Source: Heptranchias perlo
Lineage: Eukaryota
Reading direction: 5' to 3'
Length of the DNA: 64,000 bases
NCBI RefSeq assembly: GCF_035084215.1
Contig: NC_090358.1
Coordinates: 7,812,001-7,876,000, forward strand
The position numbers were made by a program, and so were the translations under genes. A model generated the notes under the pieces. It was not told the origin of the DNA and made no database searches. It saw nothing but the letters and a program-made list of their open reading frames with translations. This document shows positions 24,861-37,682 of this stretch, one piece after another (the stretch's first letter is position 1; each line of letters begins with the position of its first letter).

Positions 24861-26261
24861 TTATTAAAGTATATATTTTTAAAAAATAACCCAGGCTTTC
24901 CTTGCAGCTGGACTGCATCTAAATTTCTCAGCTGATAAACATGGCTCTGTGCACATATTTGGATATGCACAGGCAGAGCTCTGCTCTTCTCCAATCTGAG
25001 TGGTGCATGTGGGGCGATATAACTTGATGCTGCCAACTTGCTGCAGTCTCAAATCTACACTAGTACAAAACAAATACAGGGTAGTTGCAATATAATAGTA
25101 CAAATAAATGATAGTGGCTGAGACAACATTGATGTTGGAGACTTGAACAGTAACTTTCTAAGTACTTTTTTTGGAGGGGTGGGTGTGAGAGTTTGACAAG
25201 GTACCTTCACAGTAGTTTCAACTTGTAAATGTCAGCAATGTTCACGTTTTCCAGTTATATGTGGAAGAACAAACTTTTAGGTTGTAAACTGCTATTGTTT
25301 CCCATGGGGCAAAAAACAGGGTCACTTCTTAAAAAGAGGTCAACACTACACCGCAATTGAAACCAATTCAATCCAGTTTATATCTGAAATCAGATAGCTA
25401 GAATATAAAACTGCCTTTAGAAGGATTACAATTTCAGTCCTTTGTGCAGGCCTATTTTCAAAAAAGAAAAATTGCAACGCTGACAAGGTGACCGGTAGCT
25501 CAGCGGTTCGGAAAGAAACTTCTTAAGAGGAGTCGGAGTCGACCTCCATCCCACCCCAAAAAAAGCACCAGGAAAAGCACACTGCCTGGAGCGGCCCTCT
25601 GGGTTGATCGGTTGAAGGAGTGGCCGTAGTACACGGGCCAGGATGTGGTGGGTGTTTTCTTTTTAAAGAGCAGCAGGACGAGGCTTGTTTTCTGAGCCCA
25701 ACAAAAGGCGCGGGGCGTGAGTGAATAAAACGGACTGAAATTAAACTCTGGACTGGAAACCCAGATCTCTTTTTACAAACATGTTCCTCCTGGTCCACCT
25801 CCCATTTTAACCCAGAGGCTTCATAGCCACCAGGATCAGGTCGAAAACAGTTTAAAATTTACTGAGAACATGAACCACATCACCTATATTTAAAAAAAAC
25901 CTACTGTTTTGTTTTCTTCAACCCCCCCGCCCTCCTCCGTTTTTAAAAAAAAAATCGAACTTCCCCCCCCCCCTTACCTCTGCTGCTTCTCGTCCTCTAT
26001 CTCCTTTATCACAAAAGACCGGAAGATCTCCTCGATGATGGTTGCCATGTTTGTTCTCCAGCCTGTGCCCTATGACACCCACAATGGACCTGCTCGTCTC
26101 GTCCCCTCTCCCGCCACCAGGGGAGCAGCACGTAGCAGCATTAGGGAGTGAGAGAGCTCAGCGCGTCCTGGTTGATGCTGGACACGTCGGGGCAGCTCTT
26201 CGTGATGAGGTTGATGGGCGGGGGACTCGGCATCGCGGGGAAGCGACCCAATGATTAATGT

Positions 26262-26307
26262 TCTGTGACCCAGTACTGGGTCGAGACCCGTACTTTGAAA
26301 ACCACTG
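26262..26307 (-). mobile_element. hAT/Charlie-type 5' terminus (TIR) of the same fossil element
   Basis: On -: CAGTGGTTTTCAAAGTACGGGTCTCGACCCAGTACTGGGTC; adjacent 8-mer CACTAGAT resembles the Charlie target preference NTCTAGAN. Partner TIR not found. Confidence 0.6.
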
Positions 26308-27447
26308 CACTAGATAGTACTATTCATGCCATTTGTCCAAGCTTGATTACTTCAATGCTCTCCTGTCTGGCCTCCCATTCTCCATCTTCTTTAACTTAAG
26401 TTTATCCAAGTCTGTAGCCCCAATCCAATTCTGCCTCATCCCGCTTGCCTATTGTTATAAACTGGATAGCCAAGTGGTGAAGGATGGAATACTAGAGCCT
26501 GGTCTTCAGTTGCTTCCAAGCCTTTATTCACAGAGATCCCTCTTACACACACACCACACCTCAGATAAGCTCTCGTATAAAAAGGATCCAAGAGAGTCCC
26601 CAATTGACTCACACCACCTGAATACAATTAACGCTAATCGATATAAATCTCATGATACAATTAACACCTATCACTGCTGTCCTTGCTGAACCTTCATTGG
26701 CTCCTGGTCCTCAATACCTCAAATTTAAAATTCTCATCCTTATGTTTAAATCCCTCCAAGGCCTCCCCCTATCTGGGGGTAATTTTGACCTAACCTGCCA
26801 CACGGGAAACGGGCAGGTTCGGGTCGTATGCTCTTTTTAAACCCCGCCCAATTTTACTCTTTATTTACCCATGCAATCTCCTCCAGCCTCTGCTCATCTT
26901 TTTATCTCTGATCTGGTTTGTTTAAAGATAACCTATTTTTTTTCACCAGTTAATGTCTGGAAAGCTAAACTGAAAGAAATTCATTGACATCTGATAGATA
27001 ACCAGCTTTTTTGAACCCTGCAGGCCCCATTAAAATTCTGTTGCCTAGCAACACAGGTCAGCTGATACCAGGCAACCTAGATCAATGTAAATCTGTCCAG
27101 TTTTAACTATAACATCTCAGATTTGGCTGCAGTTTTCAGCGCTGTGCACTTAGTGGTGTTAACACTGTCAGTAGGAAATTTCTCACTGCACCCTGCTACT
27201 TTGGTTAGGGGCCTCTTATGAATTTGGTTCCCTGAAAAGAGAACAGAAAGTCAGACAAATAAGCCATGACACTCAGAGGGCTTGTCCTTAGAGAGGTAAT
27301 AGTTGTCATAGTCTGGTTGGACACCCTAGTTTGTTAAGGATCTTAGAAATGGGACAGAAAACACAAATTCTGCAAAGGGAAATGGATTATTGGGCAAAGC
27401 TGCCTAAAGAATAGTAAAGGAACACGGACACATTTCATATGGAGAAT

Positions 27448-27555
27448 AGGGTGGCATAGTGAGTTAATAGATTGTTCTTTCACCTCCAGGACCTTGGTTC
27501 AAATCCAGCCCAGGCTGATGTGATGAAAGTCTTTCAGCTCTTGCTGGCTGTAACT
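27448..27555 (+). mobile_element. LF-SINE-like head fragment
   Basis: CTTTCACCTCCAGGACCTTGGTTCAAATCCAGCCCAGG..GAAAGTC..GCTGGCTGT. Confidence 0.6.
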
Positions 27556-28490
27556 TTCTTGCTTCAGCAACCCCCAAATGTACATCAAGCAAAACTCCAG
27601 AATATCTATCTAACCATACACTCTATATTATGCATCCTTGACTTGTTGCCTTCCTGCATATGACATTTCCATGGTCTCCACAGCTCAGGTTCCACACATC
27701 ATTCAATTATTTCTGCCTGTCTTGTCCCTATAACCCTCAACATTGTTACCAACCAGATATTCATCCTGTTCTTTTTTTTAAGTGTTAATTAGCCGTTCCA
27801 GATAGGAGCATGTACCACATGGTCACAAGTCTACAGAGATTTAAAAAAGAACAGAGGAGATCTGACAGAGACAATCAAAATTATGGCTGGTTTTGATAAA
27901 CAGGGGAAACAATTTCCACTGGCCTGTAAGTTGGTAGCTGGAGAGCATAAACTTAAGATCATCATCAAATGAACAAAGAGAATCTTTTCATGCAGAGGGT
28001 TGTTAGGACTCTACTAAAAATAGTGGTAAGGGAGGAATCCACAATAATAGTTTTAAACTGAAATGAACAAATACTTGATAAAAAACAAATTTAAAAGAAT
28101 ATGGGAGGGGAATGGGACTAAGTGGATAGCTCTTTCGGAGAATTGGTGTAATATACTTCAATTTTCGGAAAATCGTGGGGTGTAGACGCTCAAATTCCCG
28201 ATATGTGCTCTAGTTGGGTGAAGTTTTGTACTGGGAGTGTGGAGCCTTAAAATTATCCCTCTAGATTGGAAAATTGCACATGTCACTCCGCTTTTTAAGA
28301 AAGGAAAGAGAGGGAAACCTGGGAATTATAGACCAGTTAGCCTAACATCTGTTGTGGGGAAAATGCTGGAGTCTATAATTAAGGATAGGGTGACTGAACA
28401 CCTCGAGAATTTTCAGTTAATCAGAGAGAGCCAGCATGGATTTGTGAAAGGTAGGTCGTGCCTGACAAAGCTGATTCAATTTTTTGAGGA

Positions 28491-29412
28491 CTTGCACAAC
28501 ACCAGGTTATAGTCCAACAGTTTTATTTTAAATCACAAGCTTTCGGAGCTTACCTCCTTCGTCAGGTGAGTGAAGGGTTCTGAAAACGCATAGCATATAT
28601 AGTCAGAGAACAATGCCTGGTGATTAGAGATAATCTTTCCAACTGCCCCCTATCACATCTTGGCTGGGAGACGATCACAGCAATCAAAGGTGTCGTTGGT
28701 GTTCAGACAGGTTAGCCACGGAAAACATAACATCCCAGGATACTGAATACACAACGGGTCAGATTACAAAGACAGAGAGAGAAAGAGACCCGAAAGGCCA
28801 GTTGTATTAAAAACAGATAACTTTTTTTCACTGGTGGGGTTACATGTAGCATGACATGAACCCAAGATCCCGGTTGAGGCCGTCCTCATGGGTGCGGAAC
28901 TTGGCTATCAATTTCTGCTCGACGATTTTGCGTTGTCGTGTGTCTCGAAGGCCGCCTTGGAGAATGCTTACCTGAAGATCGGAGGCTGAATGTCCTTGAC
29001 TGCTGAAATGTTCCCCGACTGGATGGGAACCCTCCTGTCTGGCGATTGTTGTGTGGTGTCCGTTCATCCGTTGTCGCAGTGTCTGCATGGTCTCGCCGAT
29101 GTACCATGCTCCGGGGCATCCTTTCCTGCAACGTATGAGGTAGACAACGTTGGCCGAGTCACAGGAGTATGAACCATGTACCTGGTGGGTGGTGTCCTCT
29201 CGTGTGCTGGTGGTATCTGTGTCGATGATCTGGCATGTCTTGCAGAGTTTGCCGTGGCAGGGTTGTGTGGTGTCGTGGACGCTGTTCTCCTGAAAGTTGG
29301 GTAATTTGCTGCAAACGATGGTCTGTTTGAGGTTAGGTGGCTGTTTGAAGGCGAGTAGTGGAGGCGTGGGGATGGCCTTAGCGAGGTGTTCGTCGTCATC
29401 GATGACATGTTG
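28491..29412 (-). mobile_element. Penelope-like element 3' part (GIY-YIG endonuclease; Cys-rich linker suggests Neptune group) with terminal hammerhead
   Basis: PCHGKLCKTC..VVYLIRCRKGCPGAWYIGETMQTLRQRMNGH..PVGEHF..EQKLIAKF..GLNRD, followed by 3' UTR/pLTR. Confidence 0.93.
28533..28569 (-). ncRNA. Minimal type I hammerhead ribozyme in the PLE pLTR
   Basis: UCAC-CUGACGA-A-GGAG GUAAG CUCC-GAAA-GC-UU-GUGA. Confidence 0.78.
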
Positions 29413-30796
29413 GGGCCTCAATTATTCACAATATTTATTAACGACTTAGATGAAGGCATAGAAAGTCTCATATCTAAGTTTGCCGATGACACCAAGATTG
29501 GTGGCATTGTAAGCAGTGTAGATGAAAACATAAAATTACGAAGCGATATTGATAGATTAGGTGAATGGGCAAAACTGTGGCAAATGGAATTCAATGTAGA
29601 CAAATGTGAGGTCATCCACTTTGGACCAAAAAAGGATAGAACAGGGTACTTTCTAAATGGTTAAAAGTTAATAACAGTGGACGTCCAAAGGGACTTAGGG
29701 GTACAGGTACATAGATCATTGAAGTGTCATGAACAGGTGCAGAAAATAATCAATAAAGCTAATGGAATGCTGGCCTTTATATCTAGAGGACTAGAGTACA
29801 AGGGGGCAGAAGTTATGCTGCAGCTATACAAAACCCTGGTTAGACCGCACCTGGAGTACTGTGAGCAGTTCTGGGCACCGCACCTTCGGAAGGACATATT
29901 GGCCTTGGAGGGAGTGCAGCGTAGGTTTACTAGAATGATACCTGGACTTCAAGGGTTAAGTTACGAGGAGAGATTACACAAATTGGGGTTGTATTCTCTA
30001 GAGTTTCGAAGGTTAAGGGGTAATCTGATCAAAGTTTATAAGATATTAAGGGGAACAGATAGGGTGGATAGAGAGAAACTATTTCCGCTGGTTGGGAATT
30101 CTAGGAGTAGGGGGCACAGTCTAAAAATTAGAGCCAGACCTTTCAGGAGCGAGATTAGAAAACATTTCTACACACAAAGGGTGGTAGAAGCTTGGAACTC
30201 TCTTCCGCAAACGGCAATTGATACTAGCTCAATAACTAAATTTAAATCTGAGATAGATAGCTTTTGGCAACCAAAGGTATTAAGGGATATGGGCCAAAGG
30301 CAGATATATGGAGTTAGATCACAGATCAGCCATGATCTTATCGAATGGCGGAGCAGGCACGAGGGGCTGAATGGCCTACTCCTGTTCCTATGTTCCTATT
30401 AAGCACAAAAGTGAGCAAATATGAGCAGTACAAGATAGAAACCATACTCACATCAAGATGGATAAATTACCCTTTTCAAGAAACCACTATTCTGTTTTAG
30501 TCCATTTTCCTTTATCCTTCCTTCAGTTCATTTATTACCTGCCATCTCTCCTTTCTGGGCCAGGGAACCGTATTGACAAGAGGCAAGAAAGAAAACTCAA
30601 AGCCATTATTTTGTAAATCTGAAACTTTGTTAGAATAATTCCTGTTCAGAAGTCCCTCTAGCACTACACTTGGCCTCAGTATCTCCTGACCAGGGACTAG
30701 GAAATTCAGCCAGTGTTTCCTCTTCTGGTGTTTGTCCAGTGACCCCTGGTGGGAAATACAAATGAGAGGATACTCGGGCTTGGTGTGCGTGGTTGA

Positions 30797-30934
30797 CACT
30801 AACCTGTCGACACTAACCTGACGTGGCTAATCTGCCAACTCTAACCTGTCAACGCTAACCTGTCAACACTAATCTTCCAAATGCTAACCTGCCAACGTTA
30901 ACCTGTCAAAACTAACCTGTCAACACTAACTGCC
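30797..30934 (+). repeat. 10 x ~14-bp minisatellite (consensus aCTAACCTGTCAAC)
   Basis: Units read directly; five contain ACTAAY and nine contain CTAAY. Confidence 0.85.
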
Positions 30935-31302
30935 TTGACTTTTATCAGAGGAATGATCACTTGATCAAGATATGTAAGGGCAGCCAGTTGATTCACAGGG
31001 TTGATTCCCTGCTCCCACAATCCCGCACTCCCAGTGGGAGGGGACCAATGTTCGCAGGGAGTGCGGAAAGCAGTTGCGGCTACAACACGGTTTTCCGCCC
31101 TGCTTTCCATGTGAAAATGGCTTCCCCCTGGGAACACAGGACCGTGGAATTACCCTTCCAACACCAGTGTGAGTCAGCGCCTTCAGGAGAGGAGGGGCAA
31201 TAGCTGGATAAAAGAGAAATTCTGGTTTTAGATATAGAATATGTGACCACAGTTGTAGTTTCAAATGACGATTAGTAATGTAACTGATGTCCTTCTCCCT
31301 AG

Positions 31303-31588
31303 GTACTGGCTGACCAACAGGGTCCTGATCAAACGCCCCACCACTGGCCTGTTGATGTACACTCTTGCCACTCGATTCTGTGACGAAATCCACCTTTACG
31401 GCTTCTGGCCCTTCCCTAAGGACCAAAAGGGAAATGCAGTGAAGTATCACTACTACGACAGTCTGACGTACGAGTATAACTCGCAGGCCACACCGCACAC
31501 TATGCCACTGGAGTTCAAGACACTGAAAAACATGCACCTCCAGGGTGCGTTGAAACTCACTGTCGGAGAGTGCAACTTGGCAACATAG
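31303..31588 (+). CDS. ST8SIA2: ST8SIA2 coding exon 6 (last; sialylmotifs S, III, VS and C-terminal Cys)
   Basis: [37 protein letters not shown]...HYYD...HTMPLEF...GECNLAT-TAG; CCTTCTCCCTAG acceptor. Confidence 0.97.
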
Positions 31589-32289
31589 GGTTGGCAACAA
31601 AGCAAAGCGGAGAGGGTGACTCTCCTTTTGTGGTCAGCGCTGTGGCATCATTGGGAAAATGGAAGGTTAAAGGTCAGCCTCAGACAGGGGGGATCGATCA
31701 CTGTGTGAATGGACTCTGGTGGACAAGCACCAACATCTGGACACATTCTGAGAGTGTTAACATAAGAAAGGGAACTCAAATGTTTTGTTGTCTTTCATAC
31801 AAGAGAGAAGCACCAACCTGAAGCTGCGACCACAGGAATGGACTCTTGCATATAAGATGCAGCGAATGTTCTTTCAAAGGGCTGCGCTTTCATCTGTCAG
31901 GAGAGAACCTGCTTTGTGCAGAATTAGGCCTCTTTACAAAGCAGACACAAGTATAAGAAACTTGAAATATACAAACACTTAAACTTCAAGAAATGTAACT
32001 TTGTTTTCTCAATGAGGCTTGTGAGGGGTCTTCCAAGGACACACAGTGAAAACTATCACCAGCAAATGCGATTTGAAACTAATTACAAAAAAAAAGTTTA
32101 GTTGGAATGTATGCTTGAAAGATCCCCTCTCTGTTTCCTGTTATTTAAACGTGACTAACTGAAGCCAATTTCACCAACCTGAAAGCTTGAACAAAATCAT
32201 TGAAAATTGACATTTGTTGAGTAAGAATGATTCAAGTGAATGTTCTTAAAACAAGAGTTTCAATCAAATGATTAATATACAGTCTCCAG

Positions 32290-33610
32290 CTCACTGTCAT
32301 ATAGAATTTGCTATTCACTGTCATATAAGGTCTGCTGCTTTCTGTAATATAGCACCTGAAATTCTCTATAATGGACATGGGCTGTTTTTCACCAAAAGGC
32401 TGAGGCTGCTATTCACCACATACAGAGTCAGCTATTCTCTATAATACAGGGTCTGCAGTTCCTTATCACAGACACGGGCTGCTATTCACTACAATACAGG
32501 GTCTACTGCGCTCTATAAAACTCAGAGCTGCTTTTCTCTATGATTCATGGGTTGCTATTCAAAATCATGCATTCTCTATAATACACACTCTCTATAAGAT
32601 GGGAACTGCTATTGTCTACAATATTTGCAGGATATACTGTTCCCTTTAATATACACAGGATTTGCTATTATCTATATCACACACAGGGTTTGCTATTCTC
32701 TATAGCACAGAGGGTTTGCTATTTCCTATATCATACCCTATATGGCTGTTGGCAGCTTTTCGACTGCCTCAGATGCAACTGTGCTGTTTCATCCCAATTT
32801 TCTAAGGTTACCTTATTAGCATAATTTCAGGTGTACATTTGCATGGGTCTAGCAAGCACACTAGTAGAGCAGAAAATTGCATGCAAATGCATTTTAAAGG
32901 TATGGGGATAATTAATAGGGTCCATCACAATAGGGTGGCAAACATTTTGAAAGCTCTCGTAGAGCCTTAAAAGAATCAATGGAACTCCAGCGGTATGTTG
33001 AAAATTACCCCACTGGGTTAGTAACTAATTATAATATACACTGGGGCTGATACTCCCTTTAACAGACACAGGATCTGCTGTTCTCCATAATATACAGTTG
33101 AGCTGCTATTCTTCATAATATACACAGGGTTTGCTATTCACTATAATATATAGTGGGGCTGATATTCTCTAATGTACCCTGGTGCTGCTATTCTTTATTA
33201 TATACATATGGTTTGCTATTCCCTATAATATAAACTGGGGCTGATGGTCTCCATAATATGCATTGGACTTGATTATTTCTGTAATAGAATCTAGAATCAT
33301 ACAGCACAGAAGGAGGCCATTTGGCCCATCATTCCTGTGCCTGCTCTTTGAAAAAGCTTTCCAATTAGTCTCCCTCCCCTGCTCTTTCCCATAACTCTGC
33401 AGATTTTTCCTTTTCAAGTATTTATCCAATTCCCTTTTGAAAGTTACTACTGAATCTGCTTCCACCACCCTTTCAGGCAGTGCATTCCAGATCATAACAA
33501 CTCACTGTGTTAAAAAAAAAATCTCCTCATCTCCCCCCTGGTTCTTTCACCAATTATCTTACACATAGGGTTTGCAATTCTCTACAATATACTCCAGGGC
33601 TGCTGTTATT
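32290..33610 (+). repeat. Degenerate ~30-bp tandem array in the ST8SIA2 3' UTR (interrupted at ~32740-33012 and by a CR1 fragment)
   Basis: Recurrent GGGTYTGCTATTCTCTATAATATACACA-like units. Confidence 0.75.
33285..33560 (-). mobile_element. CR1 3' fragment inside the ST8SIA2 3' UTR array
   Basis: IWNALPERVVEADSVVTFKRELDKYLKRKNLQSYG; ATGATTCTA-type tail. Confidence 0.85.
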
Positions 33611-33931
33611 TTTACTTTTACCCACTGAGCCATTAGGGGAAGCCATGATGCTCCCAATGGGAACTGTGCTGAGTGGGACTGGACAGTTGCTCCAGCTGTA
33701 TTTTCTACCATTAAGACAGAAATGCATTCCCACCACAAGGTCTTCCAGCTATCAACACAGCCATTGACCACTGCAGCTTATTGTGGAGGCTGCCTGATCT
33801 CAAATATCCACGAGGCTCGGGACCGGAGCTCCCATCGGAATTACCCGTGAAATTACACTTTAAAATTCGAGTTACAATTCTTAAATGTAGAGTGCAATGG
33901 ACCGTTTGGTTTAATAATGTGTTATAATGTC

Positions 33932-33937
33932 AATAAA
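33932..33937 (+). terminator. Candidate ST8SIA2 polyadenylation signal (3' UTR ~2.35 kb)
   Basis: AATAAA in a U/A-rich, non-repeat context downstream of the stop codon; usage not demonstrated. Confidence 0.45.
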
Positions 33938-34074
33938 ATGACTTGTTACATTTCCAAGCTTGGTTAACAAGCAAAAAAAGGGATTGTTAATTTATTGAGT
34001 CAATCCGCAGCAAAAGGAGAATAAGAATTTTACAGTAGTACAACATACACTGTAGATATTGTTGGAGCAAAGAA

Positions 34075-34402
34075 AGAAAGACTTGCATTTATATAGCATC
34101 TTTCATGACCTCAGGATGGCCCAAAGTCCTTTATAGCCAATGAAGTACTTTTGAAGTGTAATCGCTGTTGTAATGTAGGAAACTTGGCAGCCAATTTGCA
34201 CACAGCAAGGTCCCACAAACAGCAGTGAGATAATGAGCAGTTAATCTGTTTTAGTGATGTTGGTTGAGGGATAAATATTGGCCAGGATACCGGGGAGAAC
34301 TCCCCTGCTTTTCTTCAAAATAGTGCCACGAAATCTTATACATGCACCTGAGAGGGCAGACGAGGCCTCGGTTTAACTTCTCATCCGAAAGGCAGCACCT
34401 CC
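34075..34402 (-). mobile_element. Deu-SINE, 5'-truncated
   Basis: Deu core and (CTTT)n tail. Confidence 0.85.
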
Positions 34403-34542
34403 AACAGGGGAAAGGAAGTGTCCAGCCCTGATGCTCCAACCATCATGAATGCGGGGCATCAATTTTACCCATCGTTTTTGTATGTTCGTAAGCTGAGATG
34501 TCCTCCATGGTGGAATAGCCTCACTGTCTAGATGTTTTTAAA

Positions 34543-34896
34543 TGGCTAGCATGGTGCAATGGGTTAGACGTCTACCTTTCACGCATAGGACCTCAATTTA
34601 ACCCAACCCAAATTTATGAGATGAAAATCTCAATCTGCTGGCTGTAAGGGTCCTTCATGGAATGGTTGTGCGGGATACTCAATTCAGTTCCCATTAGGTA
34701 TGGGTCCACAGCACAAAAACTGCCCCTACATCAGTACTAAATTGGCAATCTCACTCAGAGAGGCCATTGCATGGCTGGTGCAGGAAATGGAAAAAGTCAC
34801 ACTGGTGCAAAAGGTGGTGCATTTCTAAAGTTGCAAACTGGGTAGAGAAGAGGGAGCTTTTCTCTGCATCTTAACCTGTGCTGTACCTGACCTGGG
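34543..34896 (+). mobile_element. LF-SINE-like element, near full length
   Basis: Ordered motifs CCTTTCAC, ATCTGCTGGCTGT, TTCAGTTCC, GTCCACAGCACAAAA, TACTAAATTGGCA, CAGAGAGGCCA, TGCTGTACCTG, collinear with the recalled LF-SINE consensus. Confidence 0.62.
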
Positions 34897-37682
34897 ATTG
34901 CTTAATGGAGCACCCTAAAGAGAGCTGTACTCTCTATTTGAATTAGGAGTGTCTGATGCAGGCAAAGGATGCCTGAATAGAAAGTGTTTTATTCCTCAGC
35001 GCTACCGTCCCTGACCCTGATGAGCACAAAATTCTCATTAGAAAATGGCTAGGAAAGTTCACACAGATTCTTAAATAGAGTCTGAGAGATAGAAATTCCC
35101 ACGGCACGATAACAAACAGCACCAAGGCAGTTAAGAGCATCAAGGTTTTTTATAAAGAGACTGTGCCAGCCAAACAAGGATAACATCTCTTTAACTTGCA
35201 ACCGTCTCTCGGGCTATATATAGGTCAGTGCTACGGTGAATGCTCAATGTTACGACGTGGATGAATAATTCAGGTTTCCCCATGCATTAACTAGTGTTCA
35301 ATTCCTTGTGATATGCGAAGTTGCTGTGTGAGCTTTACTTACCACAAAGATTATTTTGATATGTATTCTGAATGCTTAAAGTGGTTTTGCATATTTTAAA
35401 ATATCCACGCTCTGTTTTCTATATCTGAAATTTCTTGCTGATCTCTGAAACAGAACCCGATGATTGAGCTGTCGTGCAAGCAGGCATACACGCAGCCAGA
35501 GCAAGGTTTGCGATTTATCTAGCTTGGGGTTTATCTTTCTCCATTTGCTAATTTTCACAAAAACGTAGACATGATTATAAAGCAGGGATATCACCTTATA
35601 CTCCGGTCAATTTTTTGCTAATATTATTTAATAGATGAAAATTAGCCCTTTGTTATTGAGTGCTACTGACTATTCTCTCTCTCCTTGCTTGAAGGTGCTG
35701 ACTCTTGATGGGACACACCTCCAATGGACACCCTCCAGTATCTTGCCCAAAGGGTCATTCTTAATGGTTGAGCCTAGACAGTGAGTGTAGGCAGCTCTTG
35801 ACCTCGAGGGAGCCTAATACTCCTCTCACCTGATGCCTCCATTCCCCCCACACCTTTCAGCAGACGTCACTGCATGTCAATCAGGAGCAGGGAAGTTAGC
35901 TGCTTTCCCCTTTATGCCAGGGTTTCTGAATTGTGCAAGTTTTGGGGCCTCTTTGGCTTTGGGGAATAAACACTGATCCAATTTGCATTATCTTCATGTT
36001 GTATTCCACAAATAAATAGTGCAGTTTGCAAGTGAAAGGTTCAGATAAACAGTAACGAAAATTATCTTCTATGCAACATCATCATCATCATCATGAGTGA
36101 AAGGTGGTGATTCTTCTGGCAATATTTTTGCTGTGTTTTTTCTGGGCTGCTGCAATGTGTTGTTTCATTACCCCGAGTCAGTGACCTTCTGGCTTATTCA
36201 GAAAGCTCCTGGCTGGGCTTTTCAATTTTCCCTGTTTTAATTGGTGCCAAGGGCAACATTGCCACTCAGGGTTAATAGCTGCTCTAAAACGACCTTTGGC
36301 AGGCAAGCAAGCAATTTTCTGGTACATCATTGCTTTTCTGCAATATTTAGAGAGCTGTGTAGTTCTGGCAAGCTTCAGACATTAGATGCTTGTGTGTTTT
36401 TAACCTCGAGACTGCCAGCATATCAATAGTATCTCCTAGTTGCATATTGCAAAAAATCATGTTATGCACAATTGTTGTGTCATGCTCCATGGTTCCACCT
36501 TCTCCAAACTGAAGTCAATAACTTAAAACCTGTAGGCAATGTTTTGATTTTCAACATCAATCTCACTGATGGGACAGGAGTCACACCAGGAGCAAATAAA
36601 ATCCATCTTATATTTTCCACTCTATAGCATCAATGCAGTTACAGGGTTATACTGACAATGTGATCAGGCAGGAATTCTGGCTGATTTTTCTCTCTTGGTC
36701 CAAGGACACAGAGGTCAACTGTAGCATCCTCAGCCCCCGCCGCTGTCTTGTTCAACTAAATTAACAAACCTGGATCGAAACTTGGGATCTTCCTGCACAT
36801 GGCTCAGTAGCAAAGAGAACGTGCATTTATATAGTACCCGGTCACATCTTCAGGACACCTCAAAGCACTTCACATCCGACGAGTGTACATCGGAAATGAG
36901 TAGGCCTTTCAGCCATCAAGCCTGGTCCAGCTACAAATGGGATATTTACTGCAGGAGTAATTCAATACTTCTATTTCAGTTTCCACCTATAAATAATATG
37001 CCTGGCAGGTAACCTGCTAACTAGGCAGCAGGGCAGAGCCTAGAACAGGGAAAGCATTGGATTCGTAAGAGACAGATTACAAATCTCCTTATTGAATGAT
37101 TCGGACTTAATTCAAAACCTTGCCCCCAGCAAAGACGAGAGATCGGAGTCTGTCCAAATTACAGTAATTTAAAGAAAACCTTGTTACGGACAAGAAGTAT
37201 ACTCTTCAATTAATTGTGATATAAAAACCATACATAGTGCTATCAGAGCTGCAGAGTGCTGCATGTGAAAAAATATTTAGTTGATTCACTGTAACTAGGG
37301 TTGGGCACCCAGTGGTTGACTGGAGGGAAACAAAGGTCAAATACATCTTTGGTACAGAAGAATGATGTGAGGCACTTGCTGAGGTACAGTTCCACAAACA
37401 GAGGCAGCCTCCTGGTACTGAGCCCAAATGGCCATTGTTTGAATCTTGACAGACTATTGACAAGTGTTCGACCATGGTGACGGGGCATCACGACCAAGCC
37501 AGATACTGACCTCATCCAAACTCTACAGACTGGCGATTCTGGTGGGGGTCACTAGGAAGCGGTCAGGAGAAGAAAGCCTGGCTGAATTCACCCCTCTGCG
37601 CTTAGGAATGCTAAGGCCAGCTGTACCTCAACTGCTGAGCTCATCAAATTCAGTAAAAGGCCAGAGATCAAACCAGAGACCT

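Larger units (their letters stand above)
28240..30399 (+). mobile_element. CR1 LINE, 5'-truncated, split by a PLE insertion with loss of part of the RT
   Basis: DWKIAHVTPLFKKG..NYRPVSLTSVVGK..QHGFVKGRSCLT (to 28490); resumes LGPQLFTIFINDLD..FADDTK..; tail TTCCTATGTTCCTAT. Confidence 0.95.

Noticed and set aside
30797-30934. CRISPR-like array
   Set aside because: Eukaryotic context, contiguous 14-bp units with no unique spacers, no cas genes.
30965-31600. 211-aa minus-strand ORF
   Set aside because: Antisense shadow of ST8SIA2 exon 6 with no recognisable domain or start context.
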